The notes under the pieces were generated by a model. It was not told where the DNA came from. It did no database searches and saw nothing but the letters and a program-made list of their open reading frames with translations. Positions 1-12,581 of a stretch of 64,000 nt of DNA are shown here, one piece after another. The stretch comes from Amphiscolops sp. MND2022 (Eukaryota). Numbering within the stretch: position 1 is the stretch's first letter; every line of letters begins with the position of its first letter. The stretch is taken from assembly GCA_964187785.1 (NCBI GenBank), contig OZ076409.1:91018001-91082000 (forward strand), in the 5' to 3' direction. The position numbers and the translations under genes are program-made.

Positions 1-244
1 AGTGCTTTTTATTTTGACTATTTGAATGGTCAATGAAGAAACAATTGAGAAAAATATATACCATTTAAGTTGAAAAAGGATTTTGCTCAGCTTTTGAGCT
101 TCAATTCATCACTTATCTTCTAGGTCACTTCAGCTCGATTACAGAAATAAAGACACAGAAACTTAATGTAATAGCTATCGACGGCTTTAATTACAAACTA
201 ATTCGAATTTTATACCTCAGTTCAATTATCCAACGTCTGTTAGT

Positions 245-2674
245 ATTATTATTATTATTAAAAGACTCAATTCACAATTAAGGAATTACAATAGTAATGA
301 TTATGAATGATTATGAACGGCAAGTCTTACAAAAACATTTTATATAGAACGAGCAAGAGTTATTCAAGCTAAAAGACTGCAATTTATTTTCAAAGTAGGC
401 ATCGAGACGCTTAACAAAAAGGCAATAAGGCATTTCAAAGTTGATAACACCTAATCTAATAAGTTCATTAGAAGCGCGTTTTGAACGAGGGAAGAAGCCA
501 TCGTTCGTTTTGAATTTATGGTTATGTTTGAGTTCAAATAGTTTTAGAGTGCCAGATCGTGTACAGCTGGATTTGTAGGTGAAATCATGCGGAATAATCA
601 CTCTCTTGTTGATGATTTTCCATAGTAGTAAAATGTCGATTCGTTGTACCTGGAAACAAATTGGCAACAGCTTTAGTGATACAAGAGAGGATACATAATC
701 ATTTGAACGAAACACCCATTTCACAGCTCTACTGTTAAATTTTTCCAATTTTCTAAGGCCTTCAATAGAAGCACACCAACATGGTGAAGCATATAGTAGA
801 ATAGAAATTATGCAGGACTGATATAATTGCTTTTTGCGTTGAATTGATATCCCAAAAGGTAAGTTTCGTCTAAGAAAGTTGAGAACACGAGTGCATTTTG
901 CAATTTGGCAATCAATATGAAGACCCCAGTTTAAATTTTTATCTATGGTAAGGCCGAGATCAACCACATTTTGAGCTTCTTTAAGGGGAGTTCCTTGCAA
1001 TACGAGATTGTATTTTCCCGAGTTAAATGGTAAATAGAGACATTTCGTTGGATGGAAATGCTGACCATTAACTTCGGACCATGATGATAGGCTGTTAATA
1101 TCGCATTGAATGAATTCGGAGATGGATAATGAAAACAATTTGAAATCATCGCAAAACATAAAGTAATGACTATAATTTACTTCATCGGGAAGGTCATTAA
1201 CAAAAATAACGAAAAACAGAGGGCCCAGTACGCTACCTTGAGGAACCCCAGAAGTCACATCAATTACATCAGAGAGCATACCATTGACCTTTACACATTG
1301 CTTCCGATTTGTGAGATAGGATGTGATAAGTTCAATAAATGCGTTATCAAAGCCAAATAATTGCAGTTTATAAATAAGAACATGGTGAGGAACAGTATCA
1401 AAGGCCTTTTTAACGTCAAAATAGACGCTAACAGATGGGGTATTGTTATCAATTGATTTGTAGACATGGTCTAAATAAGAAACAAGTTGGCTAACAGTAT
1501 TTCTATGCTTCATGAAGCCATATTGCTGAGCTTTGATGAAATGACACACCCGAGGATAAATAAAATCAAATAGAAGTCTTTCACAAACTAAGGACAGTTT
1601 TGGCAAATTGCTAATAGGACGATAATTCGTGACATCATTAGTGGAACCACTCTTGTGGAGAGGGGTAACAAAAGCAATTTTCCAGCAGTCAGGCCATTTT
1701 CTACTTGAAAAAATATAATGAAATAATTCTATAACAGCTGGTGCAAGTAAATTGAAGCAATTGTTCAGGACGAAGGATGGTAATTCGTCGCAACCTATTG
1801 AGCTACTGTCCGGACATTTGCGAAGCAGGGCTTCTACATTAGCTAAAGAAAAATTTACGTCATTAAGGCAAAGTGATTGGGTGCCTAATTGGTTTTGAGC
1901 ATACAGTGATTTAGGGCTAAATGTAGACCCGAAAAATTTGTTGAATAAGTTGGCTTTTTCGTAGTCTGTAGAGGCTGAAACATCTTTGAATTTCATAATT
2001 GATGGTATATGACTACCGTTTTTAAGAGAACGAATAAGTTTAAAGCAGCTATTCGGCGAGTCCAGATTTAGTTTGTCAGCAAAACAAAGCTTATCAAGTT
2101 CAATTGAATCATTTATCTCCTGGGACAAAAACTTTTGCTTGTTTGCAAGGGCAGAGTTGAAGGGATGACGTGACATTTTTCTGTTGTTTGTCCGGCTTTG
2201 ATTAAGGAGATGCATTGTATGAGATGAAAAGTAGAAGGGAGCATTGATTCGACGTGACCGTTTTGTAGCAATTGATAGAGATACTGCATTTTTAACAAGC
2301 CTATACCAAGAAGAAATGAAATCAGGGTTCTGAGTAGAGTAACTGGTGAACAGATTGTACAGAGGGTCGAGATGCTGCGAAAATATGTCAGGTCTAAATG
2401 TGTTTTTAGAGATAGAACAGGTAGAGGGCTCCCAAATATTAGATTGTTCAACTTGAAAAAGAACGGGGTAATGATCAGAAAATCGAGTATTGTAAACTGA
2501 ATAGCAGAGTTCGTCACATGTGGAAAAAAGGAGGTCAAGAGTGTTTCCCTTAATATGAGTAGGTACAGTTATAAATTGATTCAGTCCAAGATCGGCAACC
2601 AGTCCCAAAAATTCCATGTCAGTAGACTGACAGTTAGTAGAAAATTTATGTTCTATCTTGCTTGTTTTTCCCAA
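245..2674 (-). mobile_element. 5'-truncated non-LTR retrotransposon (CR1/L2-like LINE)
   Basis: ORF contains the end of an APE endonuclease (GNTLDL..SDHYPV) followed by RT. A short 3' UTR ends in a (TAA)n tail at about 245-260. No ORF1 or endonuclease N-terminus is present. Confidence 0.85.
311..2674 (-). CDS. LINE ORF2 fragment (endonuclease C-terminus plus reverse transcriptase), 787 aa open
   Basis: Motifs NYRPIS, QYGF, FDVKKAFDTV, SGVPQGSVLGP, FCDD, DLGLTID..LNW..HI. Confidence 0.9.
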   Translation of the reverse strand: MGKTSKIEHKFSTNCQSTDMEFLGLVADLGLNQFITVPTHIKGNTLDLLFSTCDELCYSVYNTRFSDHYPVLFQVEQSNIWEPSTCSISKNTFRPDIFSQHLDPLYNLFTSYSTQNPDFISSWYRLVKNAVSLSIATKRSRRINAPFYFSSHTMHLLNQSRTNNRKMSRHPFNSALANKQKFLSQEINDSIELDKLCFADKLNLDSPNSCFKLIRSLKNGSHIPSIMKFKDVSASTDYEKANLFNKFFGSTFSPKSLYAQNQLGTQSLCLNDVNFSLANVEALLRKCPDSSSIGCDELPSFVLNNCFNLLAPAVIELFHYIFSSRKWPDCWKIAFVTPLHKSGSTNDVTNYRPISNLPKLSLVCERLLFDFIYPRVCHFIKAQQYGFMKHRNTVSQLVSYLDHVYKSIDNNTPSVSVYFDVKKAFDTVPHHVLIYKLQLFGFDNAFIELITSYLTNRKQCVKVNGMLSDVIDVTSGVPQGSVLGPLFFVIFVNDLPDEVNYSHYFMFCDDFKLFSLSISEFIQCDINSLSSWSEVNGQHFHPTKCLYLPFNSGKYNLVLQGTPLKEAQNVVDLGLTIDKNLNWGLHIDCQIAKCTRVLNFLRRNLPFGISIQRKKQLYQSCIISILLYASPCWCASIEGLRKLEKFNSRAVKWVFRSNDYVSSLVSLKLLPICFQVQRIDILLLWKIINKRVIIPHDFTYKSSCTRSGTLKLFELKHNHKFKTNDGFFPRSKRASNELIRLGVINFEMPYCLFVKRLDAYFENKLQSFSLNNSCSFYIKCFCKTCRS

Positions 2675-3141
2675 GCTCTAATATATTTCATTGTTCATAG
2701 ACCTTTCCCCCGCAAATATATATGGAAAAAATATATTTTTCAATTCGTAGTTTGTAAAGATGATAGAAATTCAAAGATATATTAAAGCGGCTGAGAAAGA
2801 TTTCGGTGGTGATGTTGTCAGTTGTTTATTTTTAGCATCGAATCGATTACGATATTTTTTTGTAATCGCCATCAGGGTTACAACTTTTGATTAGAATTGC
2901 AAAAATTTGATTTCCAAATTCAGTGAAGCCTCATTTTACCAATCCGGGACAGGCCCAAGTCGGCGCCATATTTAAGGCTCAAAAATAGCAAAAGATCTTC
3001 AAAGTGTCAAAATATTCTCTTCTACAGTACCCGAATTTTTTTGAAAAAAGTCTCACTATGCCGACAAAATATGAAAGGGGGTCCCTTTGGGATTTTTCAA
3101 CATCCATTCTGTCGCACAACTCCACAAAATTGAAAGGGGAC

Positions 3142-3330
3142 TGTGGTAGAGTTGTAAATTGACATATGACAAATATTAGTAAACAAATTATGCAATTTAC
3201 TGAACTCCTGCCAACGCAGGAGCGTGAAAAAAAGATACTTTAGCACTTCACGCCATAAGATACAGTTCAGTCAATTCAGACACATTTGCCATTTCTACTT
3301 GTTTTGCCAAGTCTTCGCATAACGTCAACA
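3142..3330 (+). repeat. 5' LTR of the Mag-like element
   Basis: TGTGGTAGAG...CGTCAACA; diverged direct repeat of 9136-9321. Confidence 0.92.
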
Positions 3331-6300
3331 TGGCACTGCGAGTCAATGAATCTGACGACGCACCCTATTCTCCTCTTCCGGGACTGTCAAATTTTTGGCA
3401 GGATGCCGACGAATCCCCTACAGCAGGATGGAACAGTTGGGCAGAATTGATTGAAAAGGCAGTATTAGCCAGACATTCTATTTCGATCTCGGAGGTATTG
3501 AAAACTCCAACTGAACAAGACCCTACAATTCCTGCTTTACTAGGACATTCTACAGTTGGTACAGCTACAAACAATGTTGTGAGTTTACTTCACCTCTCTA
3601 TTGGGAAGACCGGCAGAAAGATGTTAACTGACAAATATCACACACAAACATCTTCGTAATTGACCTTGCCGATATGCTGGAGAGATGCAGAGCGTGGTTT
3701 GAAGTGAGAAGAAACCGTACACTGGATAGACATGCATTCCTCTAACGTAAACAACAACCAGCAGAATCTCTTCATCAGTACTGGAACATTTTAATTGGCC
3801 TTGCATCGAAATGTGACTTCGGAGAGAAAACACAAAGCTTGGTGTACGACATATTTGTATTAAATATGTCTAACAAGCAGATTCAGGAGCGGCTCTGCAC
3901 CGAGCCTAAAGAATATTTGGCAGCCGCATTGCAATTTGCAATTGCATTTGAATAAGACCGTAGAAGACAGAAGACGATTGGTCAACCTAGCACGTCGACT
4001 AAAGTGAAAGAAGAACCGTTGTTTGTAGTTTCGGGCCAAGGAGACAAAAGAGAATGCTGGAGACGTGGTGCAGGAAACTTTACGGCGGTCCACGTGAAAG
4101 TTTGTAAGTCACTTGAAACGCATTGCAATTATTGCAGAAAAAAGGACATTTCGAAAATGGTTGCAACTCCAAACAAAAACAAGACGGGAACGTCCCAAAT
4201 CGGCGCCATATCTTAGGCTCAAAAATATTCAAGGAACATCTAGTGGAAATATTTGAAAAAAAATTTTTCCAAAAAAAGTATTTGGTAAAAAAGTCGCACA
4301 ATGCCGAAAAACCTAAAAGAGGTCAATTAGGCTCATTCAACGTTTTCTAGAAACCGAAAACTTCAAAAAAATGCAAGGGGGTGCCCTTTGATAAATTTCG
4401 AAAATTTTCGAAAAAAGTCGCATAGTGCCGAAAAAAACCCAAAGGGGGAACCCTTTGGTCTCACCTGTACTTTTGGAAGCAATAAAAATTTATGGTTTAG
4501 TTCGAGAATCGAACCCACGCCCTCTGCTTGTTCGAAGACGAACCCACGCCCTCTGCGAGAATCGAACCCACGCCCTCTGCTTGTTCGAAGACGAACAAAT
4601 ATGAAAGATGAAGAAATTGTAAGAAAAGTGGACCACTCAGAGTGAGATTGTCAAATGAAAAAAACAAAGAAAAACAAGACGGGAACGTCCCAAGTCGGCG
4701 CCATATCTTAGGCTCAAAAATATTCAAGGAACAACTATTGTAAAAATTTGGAAAAAAAAATTTTCAAAAAAATTATTTTTGAAATTTTTTTCGAAAAAAA
4801 AAGTATTTTTTAAGTCGCAAAATGCCGAAAAAAATCCAAAGGGGGGACCCTTTGGGCACGTCCGGTTGTGTATGTTTCCTTGAAAACCTTTGGAGTAAAG
4901 TTTGCCTTCTGCGCAGAATTGCAGAATTGTAAGAAAAGTGGACCACTCAGAGTGAGATTGTCAACTGAAAAAAACAAAAAAAAAAAAAAAAACTACTCAC
5001 TGTAAGAGTCGGGCTTTTTTCCTTAAGGGAAAAGGCGCCGACTAAAAACTACTCACTGTAAGAGTCGGGCTTTTTTCCTTAAGAGAAAAGGCGCCGACTA
5101 AAAACAAACTAAAGAAAATTGCCATTCCGAGAAACTTTGACAGAATATCCCAAAATGCCAAAAGAGTCCAGAGAGTGGATGATTACGAAGATCAAGATTC
5201 ATATAGTGACGAAATGGTGCTTAGTGTCGAAAGTGAAGGAACACAAAAAACCATGCCGTACTACATGGATGGGTGGATTATTGGATTTCGCTTCAAAACG
5301 ATGATAGATATAGGCTCACATGTCATGATCATCGCAGTAGATGAAAAAAAAAAAGAAAATTATGCCTGGAAAAAAACTTCAAGTTAGACAGATGGTTAAA
5401 GGAGAGAAGTATGTGTATTTCAAAGCCAAACCCCTAAATCTCCTGGGCTATGTGTTCTGCCAGTCGCAAGCAGGAAAAAATTTCATAGAGAAAGCAAAAA
5501 AAACTAGTGGTGAGAGAAGAGACGAAGTCGATAGTGGGGAAAGAGAGTGGTTGTCAACACTGAAGTTTGAGATGGTACGAAACCTCAGTGGTTGAGTCAG
5601 AAAGTAATATAATTGAGAAAGAAGTAGAATAACTAAGTGCCGAAACAAAGACATTGTAAATGAATTTCCAAAAGTATTTTCGAGAAGAGGAAAAACAAAA
5701 GACCACAAATTAAAAATCAAAATGAAGGAAGACGCCGCGATTTCCCTGCAAAAGGGAAGAAGAATACCCATTCAAACGCAAAAAACGGTAAATGCGGAAA
5801 CAAGGAGATTGGTGAAAGACGGTTGTATCGAAAAAGTAGATGAAATCAAGGATAATGTCTTCATCCAACCGACGGTAATAAACAGTAAAGGAAGACCGTT
5901 CGGTAAAAATAGCTCTAGACGCTAGAGCATTAAATAAGGCCATTGACAAAGATAAATATCAGATGCCAAATTTGGAGAATTTGATGGATATGATAATCGA
6001 AAGGCTAGATAGCGCAGAAAGGGAAGTTTGGTACTCGTCAGTAGACTTAACGTACGCTTACAGACAAGTTCCGCTACTTGCATTGACAGCAAAATTTTGT
6101 AATTTCCAGAATATTGGCGGAGCGTCAACGGACACGTAGCATTTTGTAACAGGTTTTTACGGTCTGACGGTTATGCCGACAGAATTTCAGAAGGTTATGG
6201 AGAACTTCTTAGCTAGAGTTACAGAAGTGTTTGTTTTTATTGATGACATTTTATTTGTAAATAAGAGAACAAAGAACGAGCATATGGCAAAAGTGCGGGA

Positions 6301-8971
6301 AATACTCAATACACTAGATGTGACACATCTGCAAGTAAAGAGAGAAATGCGGAAATTTTCACAAAGCCAAATTGAGTTGGCCTGGGTTTAAATTGAGGAG
6401 GAGTATTTAATTCAGGTGTATCGCCAGTAGATAACAAAGTGCAGGGCATCACGGAAAGACTTCAGCCAACAAATTTGAAAGAATTGAGGTCGCACCTGGG
6501 CGCTGTAGATCAATTAAAAATTTTTATTCCGGATTAGGCAGCGGAATACTTTCTTTTTGGAAATACTCTTGAGAAAGATGCGGGAAGGAAGTGATCACAG
6601 GACCACGAAAATTCGTTTGAAAGCCATAACAACCAAATGAAAAAAGTAGTAGAAGTGACTCATTTTAAAAGAAATTGTCCATAACTGTTTATCTGCGATG
6701 CGAGCAAACAAGGGCTAGGCGCAGTTTCACAACAAAACGAAGAAAATAATTGGAAACTGATTGCGTACGCATCCAGAGTTTTAACAGATTTTGACGCAAA
6801 ATATTCGATCAATGAACTTGAGTTTTCGGCGGTAGTGTGGTCCGTCGAACATTTTAAAAACTACGTAAATGGAATTGAATTGAAAATAGTATCTGATCTG
6901 AAAGCATTAAAAAGTGTACTAGAAGCGAACGAGTCTAACAAAACATTTTCCAACCGTTTGACAAGATGGCTAGACCGTCTACTTCCGTTCGAATTTAATG
7001 TGGTACTTTCACCCGGCAGAACGTTGGGGATGGCGGATTACTTATCTCGTCACCCATCCCGATATAGTGGCGCAGTAATCAAGTCTGAGCTAATGTTGAA
7101 CGACTTCACTGTTCACAATTAACGTTGTAAATGAATTTGCAAAAGATTTAGATGAAGCGATTACGGCAAAAGGAAAGAAATCAACGAAGTTAATTAGCGG
7201 AGCAATTAGCTAATCAGAACGAGAACGCGCATATTTACTGTATCTGAACAGAACAACTGTGTGCTTCAAACCGCCAAAGTGAATAAGAGCGTCAGAATCA
7301 ATCAACATGTAAACGATAAAACAATGGCCGCTAACTCAAGTATCAGCAACGTTTACGTGCAAGACAGTTATAAAAAGGACTAACAATTGCAAAAAAATAT
7401 TCGATTACTCCAAAATCGCGATTCGACGCAAATTGCACGCCTTCCCCCTCCTTGGAGGAAAAAGTTTCACTCTCTTAGCCTCGATTCAAATAATTCACTA
7501 TATCTCGACGAACGCTTAGTTATCTTGAAAGATATGAGGGAATAATGCTTACGGCAATTCATTAGGGCCATGCGGGCAAAGATGACATGCTGAGAGAAGC
7601 AGCAGATGTGTGGTGGCCTAGAGTCCACAGGGAGATCGTTGAAAAGGCCAACAAATGCCTAGAATGTATTAGAGCAGGTAAGAGTTTAAAGTGTCTTAAA
7701 GTCAAAAAGAGTTCGGAACCTAAGGGCGACAAACCAAATACAGAAATTTTATTGGATTTCGCAGTTCCTTTGCAAAATGAACCTAACGAAAAAAAGTTTA
7801 TGTTAGTCTCGGTATATAACAATTCGGGATGGCCAGAGGCGTTATGTCTAACTAATCCAACGACCGAAAGGATTTTAAAATTTTTGGCGCAATATAAAGC
7901 ACAACACCGAAATCCGCAGCGAAAAAAAAACCGATCCCAGAACGGCGTTTAAAAGTGAAACATTCCGACATCTTTGTAAAGCCAATTACATAAAACATTT
8001 TGTTTGCCCGTTAAAAGATCATCGAGGAAATTGAAAGGTTGAGAGAATGATCAGGACAATAAATGAATAACTCCGGGTGGACAGTAAAGTTGTTCTAGAG
8101 AGAAATAACAGAAACTTATCAAAGATACTTTTCGCGTTAAGAACAAATATTGGTAAGCATGGGAAATCAGCGTTTGAGCGGCATAAGAAACAAAAGCCAA
8201 CACCTTAAAATCTGCAATGGTAAATGAATTTGTTTCAGACCGAGACCCCAACCACTAAATTGAAGAAGGGGACTTCAGCCCAGATGTATACTCCATTGTC
8301 TTAATCCGCGAAAGGACAAGAGGGTCTAAACTGGAGGGAACTTTTGCTAAAAAGAAAGCACGGATAGTGTCAGAGTCAAAACACACTATTACTATCCTGG
8401 CCGATAAAGGAAAGCCTGTTCATATTATCCAAAGGAGTTGTGGCAATCAAACGCGAAAAAGTGGCGAAAAGAGAAAAATTGGACATGGAGGGAGATCGGC
8501 AACATTGCAGCAAAGTAGCAACCGGGAAGAAAGTGGCGGAAACGAGAAGAACTCTAATAGCATCATCATCATCGAAAAGAGGTGAAACGCGAGTGAAAAC
8601 GAAAGTGAGTGGAGATTAAGAGCCAAGGAGAGCAAGACCAAACGCCGACTGAAGCTACAGAAGACGATCCAAACAAAACGCTGTATCCCAACCCATTTCC
8701 CGAGTCTGAACAAGCCACGGATGTTAAAGAAGGAGAGGTCCCAGAGGCGACAAAGTCCGAGTCAGAGACCATTGCATATGAGCAGTCGGAAGAAGAGGAA
8801 GGAGAGGTTGTCCCCGAAAAGGTCTCAATCCAGGGAGAAGCAAGTTGGGAAGTGTCAAAGAAGAAAACGCGATCGGGTCGTGTGGTGAAAAGACCACAAT
8901 GGCTAGGACAGAATGTTATGATTAGGACAATAGACCAAAAAAAGCCTGTAGAAGAAGAACCTGAAAAGTGA
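3330..8971 (+). pseudogene. Frameshifted gag-pol of the Mag-like element
   Basis: Fragments of gag (CNYCRKKGHFENGC), protease (MIDIGS), RT (VFIDDIL), RNase H (CDASKQGLG, ADYLSR) and integrase (GHAG..WWP..CLEC). Many stops and frameshifts; gag is interrupted by a repeat insertion. Confidence 0.88.
4178..5104. mobile_element. Two tandem copies of Helentron-like non-autonomous repeat family A inserted in gag
   Basis: Ends are AACAAGACGGGAACGTC..GTCGGCGCC and AGTCGGGC..GGCGCCGACTAAAA. The latter end is duplicated at about 4990-5104, and there is an internal short tandem repeat at 4504-4594. Confidence 0.75.
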
Positions 8972-9135
8972 AAAACATTCATCATTAAACCTGAAACCTA
9001 TTTACATTGTTAAAATACTGTTGTTTTATGTTTTGTATTATTGTTCCAGTAACTGTTAATGCAATGTGAGTGATTTTGACAATTGCGTAAATCCGCAAAT
9101 TGTAATGCCTATTCCATTTGTGTTAAAAAGGGGAG

Positions 9136-9321
9136 TGTGGTGGAGTTGTAAATTGACATGTGACAAATATTAGTAAACATGTTTGGCAATTTAGAGAAGT
9201 ACCTGCCAACGCAGGTGAGAAAAAGATACTTTAGCACTTCACGCCATAAGATACAGTTCAGTCAATTCACAGACAATTGTCATTTCTATTTGTTTTGCCA
9301 AGTCTTGGCATAACGTCAACA
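9136..9321 (+). repeat. 3' LTR of the Mag-like element
   Basis: Follows the PPT; ends CGTCAACA followed by TSD GGGAC. Confidence 0.92.
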
Positions 9322-9599
9322 GGGACCCTTTGGGAAAAAAAGTTCCAGAAAAAAGTCTCCCAATGCTTAAAAAATTGAAATGGGGGACCCTTTCGTCTCG
9401 TCCTGTCTTGGAGGTTTTTGGTTCAGTTCCCTGGGCCAACAGGGGCAATTTAAAATTTTGTAGAATTTTTGGTAGAACTATTTTGGTCACTTCAGGTGTA
9501 TCGAAAAAAAATCAAAAAAAAGCTGTACTGTAGTATAACAGCTGTACTAAAAAAGCATAACTATAGGCGCCTAATTCCCAAAAAGCGCCGACTAAAAAA
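9322..9599. mobile_element. Distal half of a family A repeat split by the LTR element (proximal half about 2941-3141)
   Basis: The family motif AAAGGGGACCCTTTGG is reconstituted across the TSD; the copy ends AAAAGCGCCGACTAAAAA. Confidence 0.75.
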
Positions 9600-9869
9600 T
9601 CCGACGGTAGTTCAGGATAAAAATGTGTATGAAACCGTTCTGCAGCCTGCAGTAGTCAATTCCATTCGGGTTTTCTTTGTGGCACTCAAATTTTTATTGA
9701 TAAAAAAATCACAGTGCCAATTTCCTTTTTTTTACAGTTTTGTCAAGGAAAGAACTTTTTCCGGTGAGAACATGTATAAGTTTTTGCTAACATAATTTAT
9801 ATACTTCCCGACAAAAGTTCTATCGTTAATGAATTTTAGTTGAAAAAGACAAGAAGTGTGCGTAAACTT

Positions 9870-10600
9870 TTTGTGAATCAGAAATGAGAACTGCTGATGG
9901 AACTTACTGATGCAGATTTTCAATTTGAACTACTGCTGTAATGCTAGATAAAATCTTTTAACAGTGACTGAAATAGAGTTCTCATCAAAACAATCTTGAC
10001 ACTGATGGCATTTATCGAAAAAGTTTTGAAGGCTTAATGTCAATTTAAGGGTTTCTAGAAACCTTTAGATAACAAAAGTTTTGTAAACAGAAATTATCTG
10101 CACGAATTTCACAAAAACAAAGAATAACCACTATTCACTTCTCGCTTTCTTAAACACGGAACAATGAGGAAAATTTCTTCGCTTTAGCAACTAGAATTTT
10201 TGAATTTTTAACGAAACATCGCAATTTTCCCAGGCAGTATATGAAAACTTTTTGGCAAAGTTGAGAGTAAGAAATGAAAACTGCATGAGAAATTTAATGC
10301 TGCAGAAAAAAATCATCCATACTTTCATCTTGAACTGATGCTGTCAGATTGAGAAAAAAACGTTTCACAGCAACTTAAATGCACGCTTTTAGCAGTTCTT
10401 GTCAAAAATTTAGGCAGTGATAGCCTTTATCGGAAAGTTTTTGTATATTTCTTGTGCTTCAGCGTTTCCAAAATCTTTTAGATAACAAAAATTTCTCAAC
10501 AGACTTTTTGCAAGATACTTCTTAAAAAACAGAGAATAGTCATCATGCCCTATCTTAAAGCGTGGGATGAATGAAAAATTTTCAGCTTTTTCTCAATTTC
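9870..10600. repeat. Old, degenerate tandem duplication of about 400 bp
   Basis: Colinear blocks recur, e.g. TTTAGATAACAAAA at about 10064 and 10476, and AGAAATGA.AACTGC at about 9880 and 10270. Confidence 0.5.
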
Positions 10601-10943
10601 TTCCTTTAAAATATTTTTTTCCAAAAAACTTGTAGAAATAAAACTTGTTGGTTAGATTCTGTGTTACTGGAGGAACGTTTGTTTCATGAACACGATTTTT
10701 CACTTAAACTTACCATTTTGTCGAATAGGGCAAATACGAAGTTTCTGTAGAGAATGGAGTTTCAAACTCTTTTTTGAAACGTTTTTGATATGGAAGCACT
10801 GTATTTGTCTGAAAATTTCCAAATTGAGGATTCTGCGCAACGTTGAGAAACAATTGGATTCATTCAGCCAGGACAGAACTTTTGTCGGTATGGGACTGAC
10901 AAATATACAGGTACCCAGTAAGAGTCCAAATTGAAAATTCAAC

Positions 10944-12581
10944 TGTCGCAGGCGGCCGCCTGCGATGGCAACCTCTATACCATAGACCACAGTCTGCCAA
11001 TTGCCCTACCGGGAACATTACCTTTATAACTACAAGGATAAATAACTTTGAGAACATTATTTCATTTAATATTTGCAACACATGTAAACCAATTTATGTA
11101 TTTTATTTGTAATATGATTGATGTTTGACAGCAAGTTATACTGACAGGCAGAAAGGAAACGAGTTCAAATGTTTGCCTGTTAAGTATAGCTAGCATAGCC
11201 GCGCACGGCATATTAGCCAATCATAGCTCATCTTGTTTTATTTGTAGTTGTAGTAATGCATTCACTTATTAATCAGAATGGACCGTCACGGCCACTTGGC
11301 CTAAGCGGACTAATTGCATTTTGTTGCTATACTGAGTTGCTGTTAAATAAATAGAACAAAGCGAATGCTGTCTTAATGGCTGAACGGCCTTACTTGTCCA
11401 AATGTCGCTAGTGCTACTGCTAGAGAAATAAGGCCCTATGCGGCCAGCAGACTAAATGAGTATTCTCATTTGTTAATATGATGAAATCGATGCTATTATT
11501 GATATGTTAATGAAATACGTGTTATGTATTACTGAGTGTTCAACCTCATGTAAACGTTAATATGTAGTGTTACTTCCCCTGTTTAATATGATAATATGGG
11601 GCTAAATGGTTCCTCGCGACAATAGACCGTGTAGGACCGCCATGAATCATTTTGCATGTAAAACTGTTGCTTACATGAATTTGTATATCCGAACATTTTG
11701 ACCTATATGCAACGTGGCCCTGTTAGGCGCTTTGATTTAGCCGCCTATATAGGTCCACGCTGACGTCATGTTGCTATTTATAGTTCTGATGTATCTATTT
11801 TTAGCCTGTGTGCTATTTTTAGCAGCATGACCATCAGAATTGCGGATGTCATGCTGTCTTGAGTATATATATGCCCAAGTGAGCCCACAATTTCAATGAT
11901 TGATACGATACGGTTATTATACAGTTATTCTTTTACTGAGAGTACAAGATTCACTGTAAACCCAACAAATATTGTCCACAGGAACAATTTACTTATTTTC
12001 TCCTGGAAAGATATTTTCAATGCCATCTACAAGAAGACAAAAGGCTAAAGCCAGGAGGTCGAGAGAGTTAGACATGTTGTCCGACTACGGTAACATGGAC
12101 GTGATGCTAGGTGAAGGTAATTCTAACTCTATAGAAAGAGAGCTAGATAGTCTCATTAATGTCCCTGAAGGGCCGCAAGACTTCAGGTCATTTCCTAACA
12201 GGGAAAATTCATCTCAAGAAAATGAGATTAGAGATATTGATAACAGAAACGAACCAGTTAGAGAAAGTAGACTAATAGAATCAATTAATATGTTGTCCGG
12301 AGAAATGAATGCTAGAATGTCTCGTGAAATGGAAACAATGATGGATTTAATGCAATCACAAATCAGTAGCGCTATTAGCTCTGCCATAAGTGAAAGGATA
12401 ATTCCTGAGATACAGAACATGGTGGAAAACTTGCCTTTGAGTCAACCTGGCGGCGGACCGTGTATGTCCTCAAATGAGGATGGGATGAGAAATGTATGGA
12501 AAAGCTCAAATACGAAATTAACAAAGAAGGACTCAAGGTCTGCATGCGATCTGAGGGACCATGTGGACCCTGTTCCTTACA
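10944..12581 (+). repeat. 5' LTR (1638 bp), containing the first 187 codons of gag
   Basis: TGTCGCAG...CCTTACA; repeated at an offset of 14050. TATA-like TATATATA near 11864. Confidence 0.97.

Larger units (their letters stand above)
3142..9321 (+). mobile_element. Decayed Ty3/gypsy LTR retrotransposon, Mag-like
   Basis: TG..CA LTRs at 3142-3330 and 9136-9321, 5-bp TSD GGGAC (3137-3141, 9322-9326), PBS TGGCACTGCGAG (tRNA-Ser-like), PPT AAAAAGGGGAG (9125-9135). Confidence 0.92.

Noticed and set aside
8609..8971. Acidic ORF as an extra gene in the Mag-like element
   Set aside because: More simply the broken low-complexity integrase tail (TRSGRVVKRP is a typical pol C-terminal motif).
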